Of a stretch of DNA of 64,000 nucleotides, positions 38,795-51,477 are shown in pieces. The notes beneath the pieces were generated by a model. That model was not told the origin of the DNA and searched no databases. It worked only from the letters and a program-made list of their open reading frames with translations. This DNA comes from Octopus sinensis. Lineage: Eukaryota. The stretch covers positions 6,820,001 to 6,884,000 of the forward strand of contig NC_043001.1 of NCBI RefSeq assembly GCF_006345805.1. The letters are read 5' to 3'. A program made the translations under genes and the position numbers. Numbering within the stretch: position 1 is the stretch's first letter; every line of letters starts with the position of its first letter.

Positions 38795-39240
38795 ATAGAG
38801 GCAGACACGATTATGTGGTAAGCAATTTAGCTCCCTATCCACATGGTTTAAAGGTTCAGTCCCACTGCTTGGCACAAACGGCAATTATTTCCAACTGCAG
38901 TCCTAGGCGCCCCAAATCCTTGTGAGTGCGTTTGTTCGTTTGGTAGACAGAAAGAGAAATAAGCCCCTCTTGTGTATACTTATGTGTGTGCGCGCGCATG
39001 TGTGTATGCTATTGTGTCTGTGCGTGACTCTCCACCTCCTTCACCCGGTGTTGATATGTTTTACGGTCCGGTAATTTTGTGCTACGCCAAATGTGACTGA
39101 GAAAATAAGTACACAGTTTAAAAGAAGGCATAAAGTACTGAAGCCGAATTATTCGACTGGAAATCCTTCAGGTCTGTCTGAAGACTGTAACAAATATAAG
39201 ATAGAAAATAACGGATATATTCGCATATATTCTGACTGAG
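38795..39240 (+). mobile_element. SINE family A, decayed
   Basis: GGTTCAGTCCCACTGC head, CCAAATCCTTGTGAGTG core and internal (GT)n. Confidence 0.6.
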
Positions 39241-39379
39241 AGAAATATAAAATAATTATTATTGCTACACTAGACACAAGGCCTTGAAAATTTGGGTGGA
39301 GTGAGCATGTCGATTATACCCACACCAGTACATTTTCATTGACCCCGAAAGGAAGAAAAGCTAACCTCGGCAGACAATA

Positions 39380-40560
39380 ATCGGGAACTGCGATGGGCAC
39401 GCGAATGGACCCTTTCTTTGCTAACCTAGTCATGGGGTACATAGAAATCAATTTTTTAAGTAAGTTACCAGAAAAATAAGGAAACCCATTGTCCCGGTAC
39501 GTAGCAAATAGCTGGAAATGATGTCTATATAACAGATTCACTATTTGGTATGAAAGTCTAAAGAGATTTAAAGAATTTCAAGCACTTCTAAATGGAATTG
39601 ACATACAAATTCAATTTACAATGGAATATGGCCAGAGACAACTTCCATTCCTCGAGGTACTCATTAAGAAATCCAAAAAACAAAATTAAAAAATAAACAT
39701 TAACTATAAGTCCACGAGCACCAAGCAATATCTGCCATTCAACTCTTGCAACCCCAGAAGCACTAGAATGAATATTCCTTACAACCTGGCAAAAAGGATT
39801 TGTACGATAGCATCTGATACAAGAACCAGGAACACACGACTACATGAACTACAAGATACACTCATCAGCAGGAACTACCCACCAACTCAATATCCATGAG
39901 CTCAGACACCCTAGACTAAATAAAGATTTACAACCAAAAGCCATACCATACATATCCACGCACAGCCCTCTCAACAATGAGGCATTCGAGACCATTCTCC
40001 AGAATATCCCTTTACTAAAAAGGGACCATTGAATGGATCATATTCTCCAGTCGCGCTTCATAAAGAGCAAAAGACAACCCACGTCAATGAAAATTATTTT
40101 AGCACAGGCCCAAATGCACTCGTCAGCAACATCGAAATCGACAGTAAAACAATGCGGAAGGCCTAACTATGGTATATGCGTCAATTTAATTGAAGGATCG
40201 AATTTCTCCTTCAAACAGGGGCAATGTTTTACAGCGAAAAACAACTTCACATGTAACTTGGAACACCTACTATATGTATTAACTTGCTAAGGGTGTTGAG
40301 AACAATATATTGGTTAAACTAAAAACAGTCTACGCCCGAGGATGATTGTATATAGATCCAAGACTAAAATGCGAGAATACAAAAACAAAAAGGAATGACC
40401 GAGCACATTGATATTTGTGCCACTAACGAAAAACACAACTGTAAAAGTTTTCCCCTCTATAAATTCAGAGACGATGCAAACTATAATCAGCGCATTAGCA
40501 AAGAATCATACTTTATCCCAAAATATAAACGTTGTTTGAATTCCGCCACCACAGATGGAA
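39380..40560 (+). mobile_element. Decayed, 5'-truncated second Neptune-like PLE
   Basis: SGTAMGTRM..FANLVMGY, IQFTME..LPFLEV, KQYLPFNSC, LAKRICTI, PYISTHSP, KSKRQP, CGRPN and LLYVLTC*GC*EQYIG. Many stops. Confidence 0.88.
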
Positions 40561-40669
40561 CTACAACAAGTAGTTTGAACATTTCCAAACACCACTGCTG
40601 CGACCACAACAGGTCACTTTTAGGTTATTTGACCATTATAGATGTTTCCACGAACAATTTCTTGTGGCA

Positions 40670-40985
40670 CAGCCTAGGGCCGTCCAAATAAAGCCTAGGG
40701 CCGTCCAAATCCTTGTGTGTAGATTTAGAAGACGGAAAATAAATGAAGCCAGTTGTATATGTAACATATATATGTGCATGTGCTTGTGTATGTATGTATG
40801 TGTGTGAGTGTGTGTGTGTGTGTACGTGTGTGTACGTGTTTGACCCCCGCCACACCACTTGAGAACTGGCGTCGGTGTATTTAAGTCCGGTAACATAGTG
40901 GTTAACGAAAACGTTACCGATAGACAAGGTACCAGGTTTTAAAATATATTTATTTGCGTCGATTCTTTCGAGAAGATTTCCAGTA
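40670..40985 (+). mobile_element. SINE family A fragment
   Basis: Core GCCTAGGGCCGTCCAAAT (locally duplicated)..AGACGGAAA..GAAGCC, internal (GT)n and partial tail. Confidence 0.6.
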
Positions 40986-42503
40986 CTACAGCTTGGCCGT
41001 ACTTTGATGAGCGAGTAAAATATAATGCAAAAAGCTTAACAAATGCTGTTTAGTATATAAACCCTCATCAGAAGGGCTTTTCTGCCGTAATTTAAATTCA
41101 ACTTATGGGTTTCTGTAACGTAAAATTATACAGTCCTTAACGTTCCTGTAGTTTGATCCATCTAGACCTTCGTATATTAAATATATTCCATCTTTCGTCG
41201 CATATATACACATACTAGTTCATACGGAATGTGACAGGGAGTATTGATTTAACAACATCCTAAAATTTGTCGTCGAGATATCTCATCTACAACAACTCTT
41301 TCAATATACGTCTTGCTAGTTCTCGTTGTCACATTTCGTGTAGAAAATATATTTAACTTTCTAGACATTACAAAAAATAAAACATCACAAATGAGATATT
41401 TAGCTTTTGAACACAATAATACAAATACACTTGATTTTTATTAGATTTATTTACTCTTATATTTTTTTATAATTCCGACTAACAAATATTTTGACATTTC
41501 GCTTAATCTTGAGATAAAAAATGAATACGTCGAAACACTTAACTCACTTAATTAAGTTTCTAGAGTAATGGCAAGTATTGTAATTGGTATTTCTGGACAA
41601 GACACTCTCTACACAGATTTATTCAACACTAATTGTTTGCACAATGTGCAGTTATAAGACTTCTCTTTCTCAAACACATAAAGACAAACAAAACCTTCAT
41701 ACACACAGAAAATAGATGGCGTAGTCGATATATATACACGCGGTTAAACACACAGACACACACGTATATATATATATATATGTATACATATATGTGTGTG
41801 TGTATGTGTGTGTATATTTATACTTATATATTCGTTATATGTATATGTGTGTGTGAATTTATTCTTAATACATACAGACAGACAGGTAGACAGCTATACA
41901 CACACACACATATAGGCACATAGACAAAAAGAGAGAGAGAGGTGGGGATAGAGGATTGGTTTCTAGCTTCACATTAGGAATATTATGTAAGGAAGCTGAC
42001 TGAAACAAATTCGATTAACTGATATAATCCCAGCAATTAAAGAAATTATTTGATAAAAACTCCCTCTAGATTTGTTGATAATCGAAAAATACTTCAAAAC
42101 AAACCAGTTACGTCTTGTAAGAAAATGAAACCGGAATTGTTGGAAATTATCTTAAATAGAGATAGCTTAGATTTTCTTTCATCTTAGAAGTGCCATTATG
42201 CTAATAACAAAGGCACGCACTTTCGTCACAGAGGCAAACGCTTTTATTGCAATTAGTTAACTACTTAAATATTTGACCACTTAACTAATCAGACACACGC
42301 ACTCATATTTTATTGTGGAAATTGTGATAACCATAAGGTAAGGCGTTATACAATATTATATACAACCCTTTTACAATTATTCAAAAATGTACTGAAGAGT
42401 AACAAAACTTTGATGACATTATGGGAAACAAAAACGTATATTTCGGTTTGGGATTTGGTTTGTAAGATTCTTTATATGAGTTCGTGTGTTGAAGCATATT
42501 GTA

Positions 42504-42740
42504 TTGTGTCTGGGGAGAGTCATTTTGTTTTTGTGTCTTATTATGTAACACATTCACCGGTAAAATTGTTCTAGAATATTCGTTGCGTCTTGCAACATTT
42601 TCAAAAGTCAAAACAACTGAAAAGGTTGCAAGACGCAACGAAAATTTTAGGACAATAAAGATAATAAAAAAGTGGAAATTTTACCGGTGAATGTGTTACA
42701 TAATAAGGCATAAAAATTAAATGACTCTCCCCAGACACAA
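42504..42740. mobile_element. Nested fold-back element (64-bp outer arms, about 35-bp inner arms)
   Basis: 42504-42567 pairs with 42677-42740, and 42568-42604 with 42617-42653. The inner arms contain (T/C)TGAAAA-N-GTTGC aagac GCAAC-GAA. Confidence 0.75.
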
Positions 42741-43907
42741 ACAAAAGATGTATATGTAAAAAGGGAAATCGAGGTATAATCTCAGAATTATTAAATATTA
42801 TTTCGTTATATATGCTATTACCACTGTTCGATTTGTAATTTATGAGGTGCAAGAATCACGTTGATGGACGCTTCCCCACGAGGTATCATCGTATTAATCT
42901 TTGATATATCTTATTTAAACATTTCGCGATATTTCGAAATTTCCGCTTTAAATCTAAAGAAAATTACTTTTTCGCTAATAAGATCAACAAGACCGATGCG
43001 TGTGAATATGATTGCAGTGAAGCAGTGGAAATAGGTGTTAGTATGTCACATGAGCGTACAAACAAAAATTGGTACAAAAGCGACACGAATAAACTTCGGT
43101 GTAACTCCTTTATATAGATGCACAAGTGGATGCGAATACAATGATGGAGGTGCTCGGTCAATGACTTGCATCTATACAATTCACAGAACTATGTAACAAT
43201 CACTACGCTTATTCAAGCTTTTGTGCAAACTTGTGTCATTAGAGTCATGCTTTTCTACGCACAAATCTTCAATTATTTACACTGATACAAACACAAGAAA
43301 GAATTCGATTCTAATTGTATGAATTTGGTAGATTTTCAAGAGTAAGGTGTTGAAAAAAAGAATGAAGCCACACTTCAGGAATAAATTCTTGCCAAAAGGA
43401 AATGTTTGAAAGAGAAGAAGAGGAACAACATTTTGTCAAATTTTTGAAAGAGAAACAGAGACAATATGCATGAACACCAATCCAAATGAGGGAAACTATG
43501 AACATTACATGGCGCCCATTATTGTGCCCTGCTAATTCGACTAGGGAGAAACAATGCAAGTGAATGCGCCAAGGAACGCTATATTGCTGTCTAAAGGTCT
43601 TCACATACCATTAAAGGCGACATCAATATATCGTAGATGGCTTTGGTGTCTGTCTGTCAAGAAAGCTTCTTCCTGATCATTTTACCAATTTATTATTATA
43701 TTATTTTGTTTTAAAAAGTAATGATAATGGATGAAGAGAAAACATTTACATTACGCTGTCATTATTGTTTCTGAATATGTTAATAGCGTCAATGTTAATA
43801 ACGTCAGAGTCATCTTTGTAAATGATCATTTACCGGAGTAAGCACATAAATGTGAAACAAGGTGGAAAAACTGAGTACTCAAGTAACAGAGGTAGAGTAA
43901 TATGCTT

Positions 43908-44054
43908 TATTTAAAAGCAGCACAAGTATAACAAAAGCTGTTAATCAGAGTTTCACGTTCACGGTCGTCGGATAGTTTTGTTAAAACTGTCCGACGAACG
44001 GGTACGTGAATCTCTGAGTAACAGCTTTTGTTATATTTCTACTGCTTTTAAATA
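43908..44054. mobile_element. 147-bp imperfect palindrome made of two inverted hammerhead-bearing termini
   Basis: Arms 43908-43979 and 43983-44054. The right arm reads aaaactgt-CCGACGA-ACG ggta CGT-GAATCTCtGAGT-A-acag. Homologous to 15043-15118; (AT)n follows. Confidence 0.75.
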
Positions 44055-44058
44055 GATG

Positions 44059-44123
<65 letters not shown>

Positions 44124-44613
44124 CAGTGAGGTTTTGACAACTGTAGTTCTTATAGAACTTACATATACCCGAGAAAGAACACTAGAACCATTTTACCACA
44201 CATTACGAAATGTAAATAGAGAGGTGATTCAGTTATAAACAGGACCAAATTATTAATTTCTATATTCTCACTTAGGTTTTTCTAATTTATGAATATACTA
44301 CTAATATTTAATATTTGTTCATCCACAGGGAATTGCAAAGAATATTGGATCTGACTATACAAGTGTAATGGAATATACATTTTTATAGGACATTGAACTT
44401 TGAATTTTTTTCTTCAGTGATGAGCGCATCCTCCCCTCTTTTCTTATCTTTCCCATTATACACCTATTACTGACAACTCGAAAGGTCACCTCCTCTGTTA
44501 GAAAATGTGTTTGTTTACGAGTATGTTGATAATTATAAAAGGGAAGAAAAAAAATATATGCTCTGTAAGGAAATTTCAATGGATTGACGACTGCAAATTG
44601 AAGAGAAACGTAC

Positions 44614-44654
<41 letters not shown>

Positions 44655-44821
44655 TTCTATTTATCTATCTATCTTTTTATATATCTACCTGTCTGTCTGC
44701 CTGTCTGCCTGTCTGTCTTTATATATTTTTATTTATTTATGTAATCTTTCTCTATTCTTTATTGTTTTATTTTCCGTTTTCTTGATTGGCCTGAAACCAC
44801 GCAAACACAAACACACACACA

Positions 44822-44867
<46 letters not shown>

Positions 44868-45394
44868 TTATTTTCCCCTCCTTACTCTATGCATTTCTTT
44901 CTACTCCCACACCACCCACAAAAAAACAGAAACCCAAATAAAGTTTTCTCCTCTTCTACACAAACCAAAAAAGCGTCCGATTCATATAAATGAACAAAAC
45001 GTTCTGTTTTTACCGTTTTGATTATGATTTTGTCTTGACGGGTTCGATAAACGAACAAAGTATCATCCAACATTCTTAGTACCTCTTTTTACTCAGCATA
45101 AAATACATGTACACCACTTTAAATACTCTCTCTCTCTCACACACACACTCTCTCTCTCCCTCTCTCTTTCTATGTATGTGCACTTCTAAAGTATCTATCT
45201 TCGTGTCTCTATCCAAAGTGTGAACAACAACGATCATAGGAGCATGGACTGAAATATAAAGCCATCCTAAGTGAAATACGAGATACTGTAAAATGTATGA
45301 TGTTAGGTTGTTCGGGTATTTTAAAAACTAATAAAGCTCGGTTGATTGTGAATATATGAAAAAATGAATGTCATGATATCGAGAGAAGCCTCGA

Positions 45395-45695
45395 GGCTCA
45401 ATTGTTAAGGGCATTCGGCTCACCATCATGAGTTCGATTCCCGGCAGCGTGTTTTATTCTTGCGCTAGACACTATAGTTCACGCTGCTCCAATCCAGTCT
45501 GATGCTACTTGTGGTAACTGTATTTCAAAGGGGCAGCCTTGTCAAAAATTATCTGTCACGCTGCTTCCCCTTGAGGACTGTATTGATGGTGCAATTTTCA
45601 GTGGAATTCTCGGCCATTTACACGTTAAATTCATGAGTAGTTCCGTTAAACGGATCTACTGGAAGTCTAGTCGTATTAACCGAAGTGGTGCCTGT
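45395..45695 (+). mobile_element. SINE, head G plus tail F, decayed
   Basis: GAGTTCGATTCCCGGC B box. The tail TGTCACGCTG..CACGTTAA..CGGATC.ACTGGAA..GTCGT..AACCGA is homologous to 49377-49530. Confidence 0.6.
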
Positions 45696-45799
45696 TATAT
45701 TATCCCGAAATTCTATGAATCATGTATGTGCGTTATTTGTAACGCCATTGGAACTTCAGTACTATATTTAAGAGAGAAGGAATTAAGTACATTATTTAT

Positions 45800-45947
45800 A
45801 TTATTTTCATTATTTACATTTGATGGATATTTGTCCTGATCTAGTTTGTTGTTAACGTTTTGGTTGATACACCCTCCAGCCTCATCAGGTGTCTTGGGTA
45901 AATTTCGAACCTGGGTTCTCATTCCTAAAGTATTTTTCGATTTTCGA

Positions 45948-45981
<34 letters not shown>

Positions 45982-46150
45982 TTCACTGCCTGGAATCGAA
46001 CTCGGAAACTTGGGGTTAGTTGCTCGCGCTCTTAACCACTACGCCATATGCCCTGGTGACGTCTGGGGTGTATATCAGCCGAAACATTGTGTTAACATAA
46101 AAACAAGATGAGGACAAATATCCCTTTAACGGTAAATTATGTAAATAATG
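45800..46150 (-). mobile_element. tRNA-headed element with (AAT)n spacer, hammerhead tail and inverted copy of the tail
   Basis: On the minus strand: box A TGGCGTAGTGG and box B GAGTTCGATTCC (46050-45978), then (AAT)n, then ACAC-CTGATGA-GGCTG..CAACC-AAAACGTT (45892-45854). A plus-strand inverted copy of the tail lies at 46051-46150. Confidence 0.75.
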
Positions 46151-46759
46151 TACTCTTGAAAATTGTAAGAGTTTTCTGTTGAATATTTAAAGTTATAATC
46201 GTAAAATTAAATTACTTTTAATTATATACAGTTTGTTAATTTTAATTAGGACCAAAACATGACACTTCATCATTTAGTTAACAGTAATGATTAGGCAACT
46301 GGTTCGTTAGTAGAAATAATTCTAGTTTCAGTCAGCTTCCGATAGCCCCCATATTGGGGGTTTGTATTGCACATTATTCAAACCGCTGCAAGTCGAAGCA
46401 TTGAAATATATCACTGGATATGTCGGTTCTGTTGAATTGGATATTGAGATAATCCAGAATGCATATAAAACATTGATTTTCAAGAAAAGATTAACGATAA
46501 TCAAGAAACCATAGCACACACAAATATTCATGATCGCGATAAACTTGTACACCAGCGCAATATCTGCAATCTTATAAGACCGTATAAATACGACCGGCTG
46601 AAATCTATGTTAGCTAATTCCACTATCAGCTTGTATCTTGTCAGCAGATTAATCGTATCACAACTCTGGTGACTGTATTCTAGATTCTTAGAGAAATATC
46701 TCATAGGCATTTTCAGACGTCAGTGATAGAATATTATCGTAGCAACTAATTGAACTGAA

Positions 46760-47050
46760 GCTGAGTAAAAGTGGGCGGTTCAGCAAACCTGGAGAGTCTC
46801 TCTTACAAAATTTTTAGAAATCAGAACTGAAATTGCAAACATTCATTAACAGAATCCAGCTTAAAGAATTACAATGAGAAAACATTATTAAACTGATGAA
46901 TTCATGTTAGTAGAAGCTCTAATATTTCCTCATCTAAGGTCACTTGAATAGAATCATTCCTTAAAGTAACCTGGTCTCTGTAAAATACTGCATCAAGAAG
47001 AAAGCTTCTTACAACTCGAACTCAATGTTCGATAACGGAATAGTTCTAGA
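46760..47050 (+). mobile_element. Possible decayed hAT transposase remnant
   Basis: Frame-broken KFLEIRTEIAN and KELQ*ENIIKLM resemble the segment after WLS in Charlie/SPIN-type transposases. Short and degraded. Confidence 0.3.
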
Positions 47051-48254
47051 AATACTATGCATGTTGCAATCATATTTGCAAGTATTGTTCAAGGCTGGCA
47101 ACCTTCCTGGCCATGTTAGAATAGCATTGCCGATTTAATTATAGATATAAGAACATTTTCACTCGGCATTTCTGTGAAATTCTTCTAAATTTGAACTTCC
47201 ACCATGTATCATTACCAAAGCGTCTATTAAACAGGACAGTCTATGCTGTTCACACAGGAAGATAAAATAAATAGCCGCTATTGACACAAATCGAACATGG
47301 TATCAATTGTCTATAAAACTGATTTTACATCCAACATACCAAATCAGATACACGAAAATAAGCAGAGCATATGCAGTACATAGGTATGTTGGAAGTTTTA
47401 TTAAAAGGAAATTATTATACTCACGGAACCTTGGTAATGTGATTATGATAAGAACATGATATGAGAAATTTCATGTCACTAATCAACCACACCTGAAATC
47501 TAAGGAATGGGGACTATGAATACATCAAAGGTTCAACCATATGCAGGTTTTCGCAGCCAATGGGCACACATATTTATTACTTTATAAAACATTTACAACT
47601 GCCTAAACACATGGATTTTAATATTTAAGGGCTAAATATGTTCAATAACTAACCTTCTGCAATCACCACGTTAGCTTTACTCACAATTTCCTTACCTTAG
47701 ATAATATCCCATATAAATTTAAGCATAGGAGCGCCTTCAGATACGAAATTTTCAATAAATGCAGTTATCGGCTTCCATACGTGATGCTGCCAATATATTT
47801 TTAATCTTCTGGCGTACAACCATCATGCATGTGCACGAAAATTAAGTAACCGTTTCTTTATCTTGAGTACCATAAAAGAACCCTGGACATACGAAGACAC
47901 AAAAATGTATGTGTACATATATGGTTTTACGTTACTGCATACACACGATCAGTGTTTCCCAATAAATCCTCACAAAATCAGAAGTTATGTAACATGAAGG
48001 AAATACGAAATCATTGAACTCGTGTATATGTAAGTATATATGCTTATTCAGCATTTAACATGTGTTAGTGTAAGGATATACGATTACTCTCTATTCCACG
48101 AGCGCGTATGTAATGGTATATGCTTATTCGGTTAACGAGCGTTTATATAAGGGTATATGACTATTACATATTCAAAGAATGTTTTGTATAAGTATATATG
48201 TTTATTGAGTATGCCAAAATATTTTCACAGTATATTGTCTAAAATTATTGTCAT

Positions 48255-48648
48255 TGCTGCTGCTGTTTCTGTTGCTGTTGAGCGAAGCGGTTTCGTCCCA
48301 CAGCTCGCAGTGGGAGAAGTCCGAAACGTGGTCCATTGCTATTCGTAAGAGCTGCAGAAGAGGACGTAGGTCAACCCACGACACCGACAGCATCGACAGA
48401 TGGATGAATGCGCATCCAGGCTCAGCGGTTGCGTAGGAAGTCGGGGACAAGAAACAGGAAGAAAGAGTGAGAGAAAGTTGGGGCGAAAGAGTACAACAGG
48501 GGTCGCAACCCGCCCCACCCCTGCCGGAGCCTCATCGTGCCTTGGGTGTTTTCTCTCAATAAACACATACAACGCCCGCTTTGGGAATCGAAACCGCAAT
48601 CCACTGAGCGCGAGTCCGCTGCCCTAACCGCTGGGCCATTGCGCATCT
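48255..48648 (-). mobile_element. SINE, head C plus tail E
   Basis: TGGCCCAGCGGTTAGG box A and GGTTTCGATTCCC box B. The tail ends TCCCAC tgcgagct GTGGGA-C-GAAAC followed by AACAGC-like repeats. Confidence 0.75.
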
Positions 48649-49376
48649 ACTTGTTATTGCTACTGAAACCTATGTTGACAGCCACAGACAATATGCTGCT
48701 GCTATCATTTCTTTGTCATTCACTGGAGGATTTATCTATAATATATATTTAATATTAGGTATTTGTATTAACTCCACAGGAGATCACATTTGCAGCATCA
48801 CATGAATGGCTGTCATATGAAACATAAGAAGTAATAATTGTGAAAGCAAATCGCATAACCCCTCAATTAATGAATGGCCAAATCTTGCCCTCTCTTACTA
48901 TTTGATAAATAAATTTACGTAATCCTCGAACCTATCAAAATATTATCGACTGGTGATTAGTGAATTTCATAGGAAAAGGGGGTTTCTTAGTAATTCTTGT
49001 TTAAGTGACGATTACGAAAACAGATTACATAAGAGTAATTGGCAGTAAAGACCGGTGGTCATGTCCTGCAGAGATTAACAGAGTCTTTCATGGTTTCCGG
49101 GTCGATAAGATAGAATGTACAAACAGGAAGTAGGATCAACACAAAAAGTGGGATTAATTTAATTGTTAGAGGGTCTGAAAGTGGATTTCTTCTGGCGATT
49201 CCGAGATTTCGGGTGATTGATTAAAATTTTCACTTCGTGTAATTCCATCACCTGATTTTGAAATTAATTTAATGGAGTTCCCTTAGTTTAAAACTCTCAG
49301 ATGAAAACTCTGGCTTCAGAACGGCAAAAAAAGATACCTACATATACTCTCTATATTCTCCAACACCACTTGTCCG

Positions 49377-49750
49377 TGGCACTCCGTCGGTTACGACGAC
49401 GAGGATTCCTGTTGATCCGAATAACGTAACAGCCTGCTCGTAAAATTAATGTGCAAGTGACTGAGTACTCCACAGACACGTGTACCCTTAACGTAGTTCT
49501 CGGGAACATTCAGCGTGACACAGGCTGTGATAAGGTTGAATAATGAAAATACAGGTACAACAGAAACAGGAAGAAAGAATGAGAGAAATTTGTGGTGAAA
49601 GAGTACAAAAGAATTCGACACCAACCCCTGCTGGAGCCTCGTGGAGCTTTAGGTATTTTCGCTCAACAAACACACACACAACGCCCGGTCTGGGTATCAA
49701 AACTGCGATTCTACAACCGCGTTTCCGCTGCTTTAACCACTGGGACATAA
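49377..49750 (-). mobile_element. SINE, head C plus tail F
   Basis: The head is shared with 37540 and 48255. Tail GAGAACTACGTTAAGGGTACACGTGTCTGTGGAG..GTCGTCGTAACCGACGGAGTGCC. Confidence 0.8.
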
Positions 49751-49974
49751 CGTGACGAAGCAGTTATATATATGAAATATCTCTTTACCTAAATGATTCG
49801 CTTCACATTGGATTCTTGATAACTATGAAAATAGCAACGGAGCTGCAGACGCCCTGGCACCGTTACACCAAGGGCTACCTCAGTAGAGATATGTATTATT
49901 AGAGAAGTGAAATGACATTCGGCTCTACTCCCAAGAGCGAAGACATCAAAAGTATATATGGTTGTACGTGTGTA

Positions 49975-50028
<54 letters not shown>

Positions 50029-50667
50029 GGAGAGAAAAGGTTGACTTTTACTTCATCCTTTGTGGGGTTCCAAAGGTAGTATACTATTGTAAGTATTTAT
50101 TTCTTTTAAATATGAAAATAGTACAAGTATAAGGTGTGTTATAAGCAATCAGAGAACACGTATCCTATACAAACTCAACATACAAGATGTTTTATAATTT
50201 TTAATCAACGCATACGATCGTTTCGATTGGTAAAGTTAACATGTAAAAACATGGAAAGAAATAAAAGAAATTAATTTAACTATAACTATACTGTTCTCCT
50301 CAGAAAATATCAAAAGAAAATTATATTGTTACAGAGAAGTATATGGTGTTAGTGTCATATAACATATTCGGATATTCATAAAATGAGTATGAAAGGTGAA
50401 ATATAAGAACATGTTTAGGTAGAGTTGAGTGTAGTGGTGTACGAATTATAACTGATGTGGCTAACCGATGTTTTGAAATATAAGGGGAAAAAGTTTAAGA
50501 AATATTCTCTCTATAAGAAGATAAGAAATATAGTGATATACATTCTATATAAAGCATTTATCATAAGAAGTAAATTATAAAATATTGGTATATATAGAAA
50601 TACACACACACATACACACACATACATATACATAGAAACACACATATATATGTATATACATGCACAA

Positions 50668-50713
<46 letters not shown>

Positions 50714-51274
50714 GCACATTTACGTGCATATATATGCACATATATATGTGCATACATATAAATAAATAAGCGCACAACGGGACGTCATAGCTATATTTAA
50801 ATTCATATATGATATGACATTGATGCGTGGTATAAAATGCAAAAAATGGAAAGAAATTATGGTGTATATTAAAATGAAAGTATTTAAAATTTTTTCTACA
50901 ATAAAAAAAATAAGTAGGTCGTATGATTTTATATAAGTTTTTACATGATTTTATATAAGTATACCACTCGTAGCTGTCAAATCATATATAAATTGAAATA
51001 TAGCTATGCTATCCCATTGGTCACTTATTTATTTATATATAATTTACAAGATAAGGGCAGAAGAAAATTTCTAATGCCAGATACGCCGAAACAAAAAATT
51101 GTCGATAACCATTAAATTGATGCGTCTCGAAACAAACCGATAGAAATCTCTAAAAAAATTCGTTATTACCGTATTGGTCCAATTTCGGCGTTAATTCACA
51201 AGAAATTTTCCCCTCTTCAGCGGCACATACGCGAGATATAAATGAAATACTTATTATTATTTATTTATATATAT

Positions 51275-51330
<56 letters not shown>

Positions 51331-51427
51331 TATAATATACTTCTTATGGAATATATATCACTATACACATGTCACATACACACACACATATATACATACA
51401 TAAATATAGGTGGGTGTGGTTTTTGAT

Positions 51428-51477
<50 letters not shown>

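Noticed and set aside
45978-46050. Genuine tRNA gene
   Set aside because: A/B boxes are present, but the acceptor and anticodon stems do not close well. It is embedded in a composite repeat, so it was treated as a SINE head.
50779-51015. Possible MITE with 20-bp inverted ends (GGGACGTCATAGCTATATTT / AAATATAGCTATGCTATCCC)
   Set aside because: Three mismatches, an AT-rich match, no TSD and no second copy.
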